Shown: positions 27,901 through 35,184 of the stretch, piece by piece
How positions within the stretch are numbered: position 1 is the stretch's first letter
Layout of the letters: each line of letters begins with the position of its first letter
Source of the DNA: a virus
Lineage: Duplodnaviria > Caudoviricetes
Strand: one strand, 5' to 3'
Length of the DNA: 43,128 bases
IMG/VR virus record: IMGVR_UViG_3300020042_002426
Coordinates: 1-43,128 of that record
Position numbers and translations under genes: made by a program
Notes under the pieces: generated by a model
What the model saw: only the letters and a program-made list of their open reading frames with translations
What the model was told of the DNA's origin: nothing
The model's database searches: none

Positions 27901-30336
27901 GAGCTTGCAGTTAGAGACATCTTAGACCTTGCTGCCAAGGAAGGTTACGACAAGGTAGCATTTTCTCCAGGCATTGAACAGGTCAAGCGATATACTTCTG
28001 GCTTGCGTCAGGCCGTGGACGAGATTAAGTTTGGCGTGCAGGAAGACGGTTCCCTTTTAATAACAGGAACCAAAGGAAATAATCAGGTCTTCAAAGGCAG
28101 CGTGATTGGAGATACTTTTATTGACGGCCAGGCCGAGGGCAAGTCGTTGTCTGAAGTGTTTGGTAGCAATATTGCAAAGCAGATTGAGGACCAGACTCCT
28201 GATCTTCAAGAGCAGATGAAGTCATTTAAGGGCATAGAGATGCCTGATGACAAGGATGCCGGTGATCTTCTTTGGCAGTACGGCGACAAGATGACCGATG
28301 ACCAAAGAGCTTGGCTGCGTGACTTTTCAGAACGTTGGGAGCTTGACGTTGACGAGACACCTGCCGGTGAAAGTATGGCTGGCACCATGACAGAAGAATA
28401 CACCAACTGGTTAAGAAATAATCGTCTCAAGATTAGCCCTAGTGACAAACCCCCAATATCAAGTATTACAGGCGAAAACTTGACGATTGGCGGCGAAGGC
28501 ATGAAGTCGTTCTACGACAAGCGTTTGCCTGACTACGTTAAAGAATACGGCAAGAAAGAATTCAAGGCTCCCACTAGCTACCTAGAGTTTAAAGGTACAG
28601 AAAGTCCAAAGAACTGGTCGGATAGCGATATTCGGGCAGAGATGAATCTAATTGAAGACGCGGACCGCATGGACTTAATGGAGCTGACGCAAGATATTAC
28701 TCATACTAGGGCAACGGAAGCTTTAGCTCGTAGAGGGATCACGCCAGATACCCCAAACATTGATTGGCAAGACGTGTTGTGGGACGAAATGGACAACCAC
28801 ATGGATGAGGCCCAGGGTATTGCCCTTCGGCAGCTAGCCATAGAAAACTTGACTGCAAATGCAGGAAAGAGGCCTGGACTGCGCGCTTTTTCAATCGACG
28901 TGACTCCTGAGATGAAGGAGAAAATCAACACCCAGGGTCAAAGATTGCACGGTTTTGTGGCTCCCCAGCTCTTGCCTCCACTTGCAGCAGGAGCAGCTGG
29001 TGCCGAATACATCAGGCAATCTGTGCAGCAACCTCCGGTTGTGCCACAGGAACCACCTCAAGAGCAGGTCCAGGAACAGCCAGAAGAGCCCCAGGCCTTC
29101 CAAAAAGGTGGGAAGGTAGGCAACATGAAGGATGCTGCCGAATCACTTCTAAGGGTCCTCCATGGAAGTCCTACCAAGGTCAGGCTAGACAAAGAGAAAA
29201 ACCTTGACGTCACGACGGACGAAAGCTACGCGATGAAGCGTGCTCGAGACAAGATGGACATGTTTGGCCAATCAGGTCCTCCCATGTTGAACAAGTTTGA
29301 CGTGCCAGCAGCCAAGATGCTGCGGTTTGAAGAGACCTACAGCCCAGCAGACGTCGCCTTGATGCGTAGGTTTTTTAACAGGCTGCCAGAAGGCAAGGCC
29401 ATGACAGGCGAAGAGATCTACAACACGGCAGGCGGAAAAGACTTTGTGATGGAAGGCATTGCAAAGGCTGGAGGTATGGCTGGCTATGAGCGTCCAGCAG
29501 GAGGATCTGGCGGCGTTGGCAATTGGTATCGCGTGACAGACCAAGAAGCTTTGACCAGAAAAGCACGCGGTGGCTTAATCCAAGGATATGCCGATGGTGG
29601 CGTCAAGGGCGGTAAGGTTGACTTAGCTCGCCGAGGAATATTGGGCCTTAGTCGTTTGTTTGAAGAGCCTGCCCAGACGGCAAACTTGCCTGCAGTCATT
29701 CCGACTACTCCAGTGGCTAAGGTCCCAGAAGTTACCTCCCCTCTTTCCCAGCTTGTTAAGAAGACTACTGAGACGCCAATGTCTCGCAGAGACGTGTTAA
29801 AGAAAGCCGGGAACGTGGCAATTTCGCAAGCAGCAAAGGGAGTTGTTCCTATGGCGCTTAAAGAAGCCGTTCTTGAGACTATTCCAATTAAAGTATCTCC
29901 TGTGGGCAATGTTGAAAATGCCGTTAAGAATCTCTACATCAATCAGATGTTTGATAATTTTTACGATGATGCTGCAGGGCACGGTGGAACATTGTTTGAC
30001 GCCTACGAGTCATTCCTCCCGTTTATTTCTCAAAGCTTGTCTAAGTCTGAGAAAAAGGCAATTGAAAAAGCGCGTGATTTGTTTTACGAATACGGAGAGG
30101 ACGAGATCCCAAGCAGGATCTATGACAGGATCTCTAAGGGAGTAGACATTCTTCAAGAAAAGATCTCAGAAAAGGGTAACGATATTCCAATCAAGGATGT
30201 TCTTTCACCAGACATGTACAAGATGTCATTGGAAGATATGAAAGACTATGGCGTTGAGATCACACCTGATATGATCGAGCAGCTTAAAAAGACTGAATGG
30301 GCCCCCGATGTCTTCCACGAATTTGATACCCCTTAA
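24928..30336 (+). CDS. large polyvalent internal virion protein (1802 aa) with ART-like domains
   Basis: ATG 24928 after GGAG; modules separated by GG linkers; YYHGT...FFTPSPEFASEYA...IYPV...GYDSI ART-like motifs; DEIQSDWHQ domain. Confidence 0.7.
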   Translation: MSDLDKLEKKYEKGSKAKEIRESTLKLKETPSNPDTKRAFEGRKETLESMIRAAKQATAGFRSQWSGLDDEGKVGMGKGTPGIYYETAALPAILGEKYAPDFAVAAEEKSGKIREAIRKDMNINEPKGALEHFSYAGGQMLGQIPVPGAWMNKIVGGVKKLGTTGKVAAAPLEYFTPTVDPRAVNYGIGTAFGGTLGTVLEEEPNKKALGGLIQKYENGGKVGKLKKVVQAITGPSKKDPIQAAKVEAKKEAAAKPKSKKVYYHGTTDKEIDPSKGIQTFEFGHPDNLKFFTPSPEFASEYAGVHLPNWKYAQVNEIEGEPGGSIYPVHIELGKHWDYSTKEGREEIKNFLKEERESTRPTRDPEYKDLKEGYWENIERNYDFLDYLRNKGYDSITMNENGIRNIGVWNTNNIKSVFEDPDQKALGGLIQKYENGGKVGKVKSFFSAVDKAIDTLKQKKGTGEQILKQLEATPGVKKEELEARGIKQKLQASPKITQEELQKVARQNKPSIPKRIKLGQGIDPDWQPRLEKNLQEALDELNIQPVVDPSTGQNFGFMHPETGEILDRKEVRALTPEELGLPINPETGKIPFDDKESSLLYANVRKAVDEADQQFNLALKETKTKFHSMSKSGGKDNYREILLQNQDEQVPGAPAISQRIDELLKSNPETEEQAKAVNEELDSLLDKISSKRQSFTAGHWNQPDVMAHYRVSDMTGPNGEKVLYVDEIQSDWHQRARDSRKREIKRMVNQESDSIRNQAMEELTNANDPALKYTYDIWHNHFLDSGTSPEVAASVAKQRAADTYFKMPENAAKLKAAQLRIKKERTVQLEKEVDENFGYKTPDDDEKLYQLNSQMERIRNTGLTTEELKDYFQPGKIVSGFGGKDKVLSFNSGENSEAFKQSYERKLARAKSAGIDEAAAEGWARRRALADAGDGWSVTVIEVDPATGQPRKGASQRTHSTSPGSHVVDELRKQSEAIESKVPDAPFKKNWHELAVRDILDLAAKEGYDKVAFSPGIEQVKRYTSGLRQAVDEIKFGVQEDGSLLITGTKGNNQVFKGSVIGDTFIDGQAEGKSLSEVFGSNIAKQIEDQTPDLQEQMKSFKGIEMPDDKDAGDLLWQYGDKMTDDQRAWLRDFSERWELDVDETPAGESMAGTMTEEYTNWLRNNRLKISPSDKPPISSITGENLTIGGEGMKSFYDKRLPDYVKEYGKKEFKAPTSYLEFKGTESPKNWSDSDIRAEMNLIEDADRMDLMELTQDITHTRATEALARRGITPDTPNIDWQDVLWDEMDNHMDEAQGIALRQLAIENLTANAGKRPGLRAFSIDVTPEMKEKINTQGQRLHGFVAPQLLPPLAAGAAGAEYIRQSVQQPPVVPQEPPQEQVQEQPEEPQAFQKGGKVGNMKDAAESLLRVLHGSPTKVRLDKEKNLDVTTDESYAMKRARDKMDMFGQSGPPMLNKFDVPAAKMLRFEETYSPADVALMRRFFNRLPEGKAMTGEEIYNTAGGKDFVMEGIAKAGGMAGYERPAGGSGGVGNWYRVTDQEALTRKARGGLIQGYADGGVKGGKVDLARRGILGLSRLFEEPAQTANLPAVIPTTPVAKVPEVTSPLSQLVKKTTETPMSRRDVLKKAGNVAISQAAKGVVPMALKEAVLETIPIKVSPVGNVENAVKNLYINQMFDNFYDDAAGHGGTLFDAYESFLPFISQSLSKSEKKAIEKARDLFYEYGEDEIPSRIYDRISKGVDILQEKISEKGNDIPIKDVLSPDMYKMSLEDMKDYGVEITPDMIEQLKKTEWAPDVFHEFDTP
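25546..25599 (+). repeat. 54-bp direct repeat, copy 1 (KALGGLIQKYENGGKVGK)
   Basis: matches 26194-26247 with 5 substitutions, all synonymous. Confidence 0.9.
26194..26247 (+). repeat. 54-bp direct repeat, copy 2 (KALGGLIQKYENGGKVGK)
   Basis: see copy 1. Confidence 0.9.
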
Positions 30337-30337
30337 T

Positions 30338-30505
30338 TCAAAATCCCTATAGATGATATTTTTAGCTAATACAAAGAGGATCAGAACAGCCTGTTTTGGT
30401 CTTGCGTGGTCTAGAGAGAAAGACGAGCGAACGAGTCTATTTTAGAATACAGGGTGTATCAATACTCTTTGTATTGGCTCTAAAAATACACTATAGGGAA
30501 TTTGA
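30338..30505. repeat. long imperfect inverted repeat (~41-bp arms) in the late/early intergenic region
   Basis: TCAAAATCCCTATAGATGATATTTTTAGCTAATACAAAGAG (30338-30378) vs CTCTTTGTATTGGCTCTAAAAATACACTATAGGGAATTTGA (30465-30505). Confidence 0.85.
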
Positions 30506-30540
30506 TTCTGGCTAGCTGGTATAAGTCCTAGCAATTATTT

Positions 30541-30585
30541 TAATAAAACTGCGTGCTACGTGGTTTTACGCACTAGAATCAATCC
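30541..30585 (+). promoter_or_regulatory. possible early promoter
   Basis: TAGAAT -10-like box at 30574-30579 with AT-rich upstream tract; no clear -35. Confidence 0.3.
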
Positions 30586-30635
30586 CATGCACAGCGATCC
30601 TGCTGGCATAAACAGAAAGAAGAAAGGTATTTATC

Positions 30636-31622
30636 ATGTCACACGAAGTTGAAACGATGGCTTACGCCAATGAGACCCCTTGGCACGGCCTTGGTACCCC
30701 TGTCGCTGACAACTTGACGCCCGCCCAGATGTTAAACGCAGCTGGACTGAATTGGCAAGTCAAGAAGAAGGCGTTGGTTGTTGATGAGTTAGATCACACT
30801 CTGACAAGTCACTACGCGTTGGTTCGCAATACAGACAACAAGATCCTTGGCGTCTGCGGCAGCGACTACACACCTACGCAAAATCAAGATGTCTTTGAGT
30901 TCTTTGACAAGTTCTGCAAAGCCGGAGATATGAAGATGGAGACTGCTGGTTCACTCCATGGCGGCAAACGCGTTTGGGGCCTTGCAAAGATCAACGGCGG
31001 CTTTATGTTGGGTGGCAAAGATGAAGTCGAAGGCTACATCCTCCTTGACAACCCACACATTTGGGGACGCAGCTTGCAGATTCTCTTCACGCCAATCCGC
31101 GTAGTTTGCAACAACACCTTGACTGCCGCACTTCGCGACAACAAAGGCAAAGAAAACACCTTCCGCATGTCTCACGATCGCGCCTTTGACGACGAGATCA
31201 AGCAGACAGCCGCAGAAAAAGTTGGTCTTGCCATGAAGTCCTTAGACGTGTTCAAGAAGCAAGCCGAGTTCTTGTCTAAGAAACGCGCCAAAGACCAACA
31301 AGTCATGGAGTTCTTTAGCAAGTTGGTAAACCCTGACCAATACCAAGCCGCTCTGATTGCCTCAGAAGATGGCGAAGTTAGTCGTGCAGATCTTGGCCGT
31401 ACGGTCAACCGTCTGATCGACATCGTGCATACCCAGCCAGGAGCTGATCTGAAGACTTCAGCCGGTACTTGGTGGGGCGCATTCAACGCCGTGACGTACT
31501 ACTACGATCACGTCGCTGGTACTGACCAAGACAAGCGCCTCACTAGCGCGTGGTTTGGCTCAGCAGCAACTCGTAAACGCCAAGCACTTGACTTAGCCGT
31601 CGAGTTTGCTGAAGCAGTCTAA
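30636..31622 (+). CDS. DUF932 family phage/plasmid protein
   Basis: PWHGLG, AGLNWQV, YTPTQN, ETAGSL.GGKRVW.LA, TPIRVVCNNTL, GT.WGAFNAVT. Confidence 0.85.
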   Translation: MSHEVETMAYANETPWHGLGTPVADNLTPAQMLNAAGLNWQVKKKALVVDELDHTLTSHYALVRNTDNKILGVCGSDYTPTQNQDVFEFFDKFCKAGDMKMETAGSLHGGKRVWGLAKINGGFMLGGKDEVEGYILLDNPHIWGRSLQILFTPIRVVCNNTLTAALRDNKGKENTFRMSHDRAFDDEIKQTAAEKVGLAMKSLDVFKKQAEFLSKKRAKDQQVMEFFSKLVNPDQYQAALIASEDGEVSRADLGRTVNRLIDIVHTQPGADLKTSAGTWWGAFNAVTYYYDHVAGTDQDKRLTSAWFGSAATRKRQALDLAVEFAEAV

Positions 31623-31627
31623 AACCT

Positions 31628-31643
31628 GGGGGCTTTGGCCCCC
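31628..31643 (+). terminator. GC hairpin
   Basis: GGGGGC-TTTG-GCCCCC just after the DUF932 stop; no U tract. Confidence 0.45.
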
Positions 31644-31667
31644 TACCTTCCCACTCTAGGAGAATTT

Positions 31668-32522
31668 ATGGCAAACGCCAGAGGAAAGTCCATTGACAAT
31701 ACCCACCTGAGCATTGATCAGGCGGAAGAACGCGGTTTTATCCATCGCGACTACATCGCACACTGCCTTCGTTGGACCCACGTGGCCAAGTGGATGGGCA
31801 GACCTGCACACCGCAAAGACTGCAATTTGCTTGACATTGGCTGCGGCAAAGACGTGCCGTTGGCCAAGATGCTGATGACCAGCCGCATGGCGTCAGATGG
31901 CCTGAACTACATCGGTATTGACTACAACAAGCTCGAGATGCCCAAGGCGTTTGAGAATACAAAGTTCAAACCAACTCTGATTGGCAATGTTGCCTTCCCA
32001 GACGTCAAGCTGCCAGTTGACAAGTTCAACGTCATCACCTGCTTTGAGGTCCTTGAGCACGTAGAGCCGCTGCATGCCTACAAGATGCTTGAAGGTATCC
32101 GTGACCGCTTGGCCGATGACGGCGTGGCTTTTGTTAGCACACCTGTCTATGACGCTCACGTTGGTGCAGCAGACAACCACGTCAACGAGATGACTTATGA
32201 AGTCATGCAAGTCATGCTGCACAAGGTCGGCTTAGAAGTTGACGATCACTTTGGCACTTTTGCCTCAATCAGAGATTACAAGCAAGTAGTTGAAAAGGAA
32301 GACATCGATGGAGTGTTCAATCGCTTGCGTGATTACTACGACAGCAATTATTTGGCGACTATCTTTGCCCCGCTTTACCCACGCCATTCACGTAACGTGC
32401 TCTGGCGAGTCAAACTGCCGAAAAATCCGGTCATGTTTGAACCACAAAAGTTCTCAGAGCTAACTAAGCCTTTGTCAAGCAGCGAAGCCTGGCAGCCCTT
32501 GTTTGATCACCTAGGAGAATAA
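31668..32522 (+). CDS. class I SAM-dependent methyltransferase (small-molecule/UbiG-like, not a DNA MTase)
   Basis: ATG 31668 after AGGAG; LLDIGCG motif I, FNVITCFEVLEHV, FVSTP; no DPPY/NPPY or PCQ motif. Confidence 0.8.
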   Translation: MANARGKSIDNTHLSIDQAEERGFIHRDYIAHCLRWTHVAKWMGRPAHRKDCNLLDIGCGKDVPLAKMLMTSRMASDGLNYIGIDYNKLEMPKAFENTKFKPTLIGNVAFPDVKLPVDKFNVITCFEVLEHVEPLHAYKMLEGIRDRLADDGVAFVSTPVYDAHVGAADNHVNEMTYEVMQVMLHKVGLEVDDHFGTFASIRDYKQVVEKEDIDGVFNRLRDYYDSNYLATIFAPLYPRHSRNVLWRVKLPKNPVMFEPQKFSELTKPLSSSEAWQPLFDHLGE

Positions 32523-32524
32523 GG

Positions 32525-32914
32525 ATGGACTTATTTCAAATGGTAGCTGACTTCCACAAGAAGTATGGCTTGGAACCAACTAAGCAGCCGTCCTTTCCAG
32601 TTGAGGAACTTTGGGTGCTTAAGAACGCTCACATGCAAGAAGAGCTTGATGAGATCCGTATTGCTGCCTTAAACGGTAACCTTGAGGAGTATTTTGACGG
32701 CCTGATTGACCTGATCTATGTGGCACTTGGTGCTGCATACTTAGCCAACCTGCCGTTTGAGCAAGGGTTCCTTCGGGTGCACCTTGCAAACATGACAAAG
32801 ATTCGCGCTTTAAGGCATCAAGATAGCAAAAGAGGATCCACTTATGATATAGTGAAACCTCCAGAGTTTGTGGCTCCAACGCTAGCAGACCTGATCAGAA
32901 AGGAGAAAGAATGA
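32525..32914 (+). CDS. MazG-like / all-alpha NTP pyrophosphohydrolase
   Basis: VADFHKKY, EELDE, DGLIDLIYVALG, VHLANMTK, VKP. Confidence 0.8.
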   Translation: MDLFQMVADFHKKYGLEPTKQPSFPVEELWVLKNAHMQEELDEIRIAALNGNLEEYFDGLIDLIYVALGAAYLANLPFEQGFLRVHLANMTKIRALRHQDSKRGSTYDIVKPPEFVAPTLADLIRKEKE

Positions 32915-33903
32915 AAGGCATTATTGTCATCGATGGTTGCGATGGAACAGGCAAGACTACGCTTGCTAAAGCTATTTGCGACAAGCACGATGGCGTCTAC
33001 ATTCACAACACGTATCGCTGGCCAACCAAGATGCCGCTGTATCACACAGCAGCCTTGCATCGTGCATTAAAGCTTGCACGTACACGTTTGGTAGTCATTG
33101 ATCGTCTATGGATGAGTGAAGCTGTCTATGCTGCAGTCTACCGTAATGGTAGCCCTTGGCCTCACATGGGTCGCATGATGGATCGCATCATTCGTAAGCA
33201 TGCTGGTGTCTACATTCTTGCTCAATCACCACAAGGTCATAAAGAAAAGTTTGACCAGCTGAAGACTGAGCGCACAGAGATGTACGACAACGTTGAAGAA
33301 GTGCGGATCCGCTTTGATGAACTCTTTGAGGGTGGCTTTGCTACTCACGACAAAGATTACGTTCAGCAACTCTCTGTCTTTGGTATGAAGACACGTGATG
33401 ATGTCTTGCCTTATCGCTTTGACGTTGAAGGACGCGACCTTGATGTATACATTGATATGGTCATGCATGTCTTGTTGTCACGTCAAGCTAAGCAGTATGA
33501 GCCAGCATTAAACTTAGCTGCAAACAACTTTGCAGGACATCTGCATGAGGCTTCAATCATCTTTGTAGGTGATAAAGCTAACAGCAAGATGCGCGCAGTC
33601 AGCTGGCCTTTCTATGACGTTGGCAACTCTAGTGAGTTCTTTGCCTCTGTGCTGCATGACTTATCTTTTGATGAGACACGCGCCGTATATGTGAATGCAC
33701 ATGATGGCAATGGTCCGCTGTTTGTGAATGATTGCATCAGGGCCAAGCCTTTCATCAAGGTCATTTGTCTTGGCAATGACAGCTTCAGCACGATGGGTGC
33801 ATTTACTCGTCGTGCAGTTAAAGTCATGCATCCATCTTTTGCCAAACGCTTTGCTAAGCGTCAGGAATTTATGTTAGAACTTGAGGAGGCCATCAATGGT
33901 TAA
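32911..33903 (+). CDS. dNMP-kinase-like P-loop domain fused to a uracil-DNA-glycosylase-superfamily domain
   Basis: IDGCDGTGKTT, VIDRLWMSE.VY; C-terminal IIFVGDKAN..WPF..YVNA..VICLGN..HPS. Confidence 0.75.
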   Translation: MKGIIVIDGCDGTGKTTLAKAICDKHDGVYIHNTYRWPTKMPLYHTAALHRALKLARTRLVVIDRLWMSEAVYAAVYRNGSPWPHMGRMMDRIIRKHAGVYILAQSPQGHKEKFDQLKTERTEMYDNVEEVRIRFDELFEGGFATHDKDYVQQLSVFGMKTRDDVLPYRFDVEGRDLDVYIDMVMHVLLSRQAKQYEPALNLAANNFAGHLHEASIIFVGDKANSKMRAVSWPFYDVGNSSEFFASVLHDLSFDETRAVYVNAHDGNGPLFVNDCIRAKPFIKVICLGNDSFSTMGAFTRRAVKVMHPSFAKRFAKRQEFMLELEEAING

Positions 33904-34690
33904 TACCACAAATATGAATTGGCAAGGTTTGCTTGATGTCATCATGACTCATGGAGATCAAACAAGTCCAAGAGGCAAAAAGACAAAAGAGCTGCTTGGT
34001 TACAAGTCAACTATCGACATGAACCAGCCTGTCATCACCATCAAAGAACGTAAGCTTGGTTATAAGTTCATGGCAGCAGAAGCTGCATGGATCATGTCAG
34101 GTGATAACCGTGTCAGCACGATTGCACCTTACAGCAAGGCCATCAGTTCATTTAGCGATGACGGCATCTTATTCTTTGGAGCATACGGTCCACAGATCAG
34201 AGATCAGCTTAGCCATGTGATCCAAACGCTGGCTGATGATACAGATTCACGTCAAGCAGTCATGACCATCTGGAGACCTAATCCAAGGGCCAGCAAGGAT
34301 ATTCCTTGCACCATCAGCTGCCAGTTTGTTATTCGCAAAGACTACCTGTATTGCTTCATGAACATGCGTTCTTCTGATGCTTGGTTAGGTGTTCCTTACG
34401 ACTGGTTTAATTTCAGCATGTTGTCAGCCGGTGTTGCCTTAATGCTGCGCCAAAAAGGGATTCATGTCAAGCTTGGTGCGTTGCACTTCTATGCAGCAAG
34501 CCAGCACTTGTATGAAGAGAATTGGTACAAAGTTGATGCCTGCCTGAATGGTGAGATCCTTGGCGACTATGCACCTTTTAATCTTGATTACTTCAACGAC
34601 TACGACCACCTCGTCAATCACTTGTGGGCTTTGGCATCTGGCCATGGTCACAACGGATTTTTGAAAGAAGTCTCATCATGGAAAGAATAA
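33896..34690 (+). CDS. thymidylate synthase homologue, probably dCMP hydroxymethylase/methylase
   Basis: GAGGAGG RBS; YGPQ, DSRQAV, DIPCT (catalytic Cys), MRSSDAWLGVPYD with Asp in place of the ThyA Asn, SQHLY. Confidence 0.8.
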   Translation: MVNTTNMNWQGLLDVIMTHGDQTSPRGKKTKELLGYKSTIDMNQPVITIKERKLGYKFMAAEAAWIMSGDNRVSTIAPYSKAISSFSDDGILFFGAYGPQIRDQLSHVIQTLADDTDSRQAVMTIWRPNPRASKDIPCTISCQFVIRKDYLYCFMNMRSSDAWLGVPYDWFNFSMLSAGVALMLRQKGIHVKLGALHFYAASQHLYEENWYKVDACLNGEILGDYAPFNLDYFNDYDHLVNHLWALASGHGHNGFLKEVSSWKE

Positions 34691-35184
34691 GCAAAGATGA
34701 ATACTTTTCGCAACTGGCTCTTTTGGTCAGCAGAAGAGGTACATGCGCAAGGCGGCTTGTGGGTTGCGTGCTTGTATGTAGTCGTGGGCACGTTCTTGCT
34801 ACTGGCTACAACGGGGTGCCTGCTGGTCATATTCATTGCATTGATACCAACTGTCCCGGCGCTGGTCTTCCTTCGGGGACTGGTTTGGATCTATGCGAAG
34901 CTATTCACGCAGAGCAAAACGCGCTCCTCCAATGCCAAGATGTAAACCAGATCGATACGGCTTACGTGACTGCCATGCCATGCATGACTTGCACAAAGTT
35001 GCTGCTTAACACAAGCTGCAAACGCATCATCTACACCGAACCTTATCCGCACGAAGAAGCAAGACAACTCTGGACAAAAAATGGACGCATCATCTTATCA
35101 GCCGCCGAAGCACTTTCCCAACCTATTGTTAGCAAAGCGTATAGCAATCGACTGCGAGACGCGCGACCCGAACTTAATGACTAA
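34678..35184 (+). CDS. dCMP deaminase
   Basis: TCARRLVGCV, ATGYNG, HAEQNA, PCMTC zinc motifs. Confidence 0.9.
   Translation: MERISKDEYFSQLALLVSRRGTCARRLVGCVLVCSRGHVLATGYNGVPAGHIHCIDTNCPGAGLPSGTGLDLCEAIHAEQNALLQCQDVNQIDTAYVTAMPCMTCTKLLLNTSCKRIIYTEPYPHEEARQLWTKNGRIILSAAEALSQPIVSKAYSNRLRDARPELND

Noticed and set aside
18155-30336. Tape-measure protein or virion RNA polymerase among the large ORFs
   Set aside because: No tail tube or tail chaperone genes nearby and no RNAP catalytic motifs seen; architecture fits podovirus ejection proteins
30481-30500. TAAAAATACACTATAGGGA resembles a T7/SP6 promoter core (CACTATAGGG)
   Set aside because: No single-subunit RNA polymerase in the window, upstream specificity bases do not match, and I saw no copies before late genes; treated as part of the inverted repeat
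30336-30636. tRNA, attP or integrase-linked site in the intergenic region
   Set aside because: No cloverleaf or T-loop GTTCGA motif seen, and no integrase or repressor in the window
31668-32522. Methyltransferase as a DNA adenine/cytosine MTase of a restriction-modification system
   Set aside because: Lacks DPPY/NPPY and PC/ENV catalytic motifs; pattern fits small-molecule class I enzymes
33896-34690. Calling the gene thyA
   Set aside because: Asp replaces the dUMP-specifying Asn and PCT replaces PCH, so the symbol is withheld
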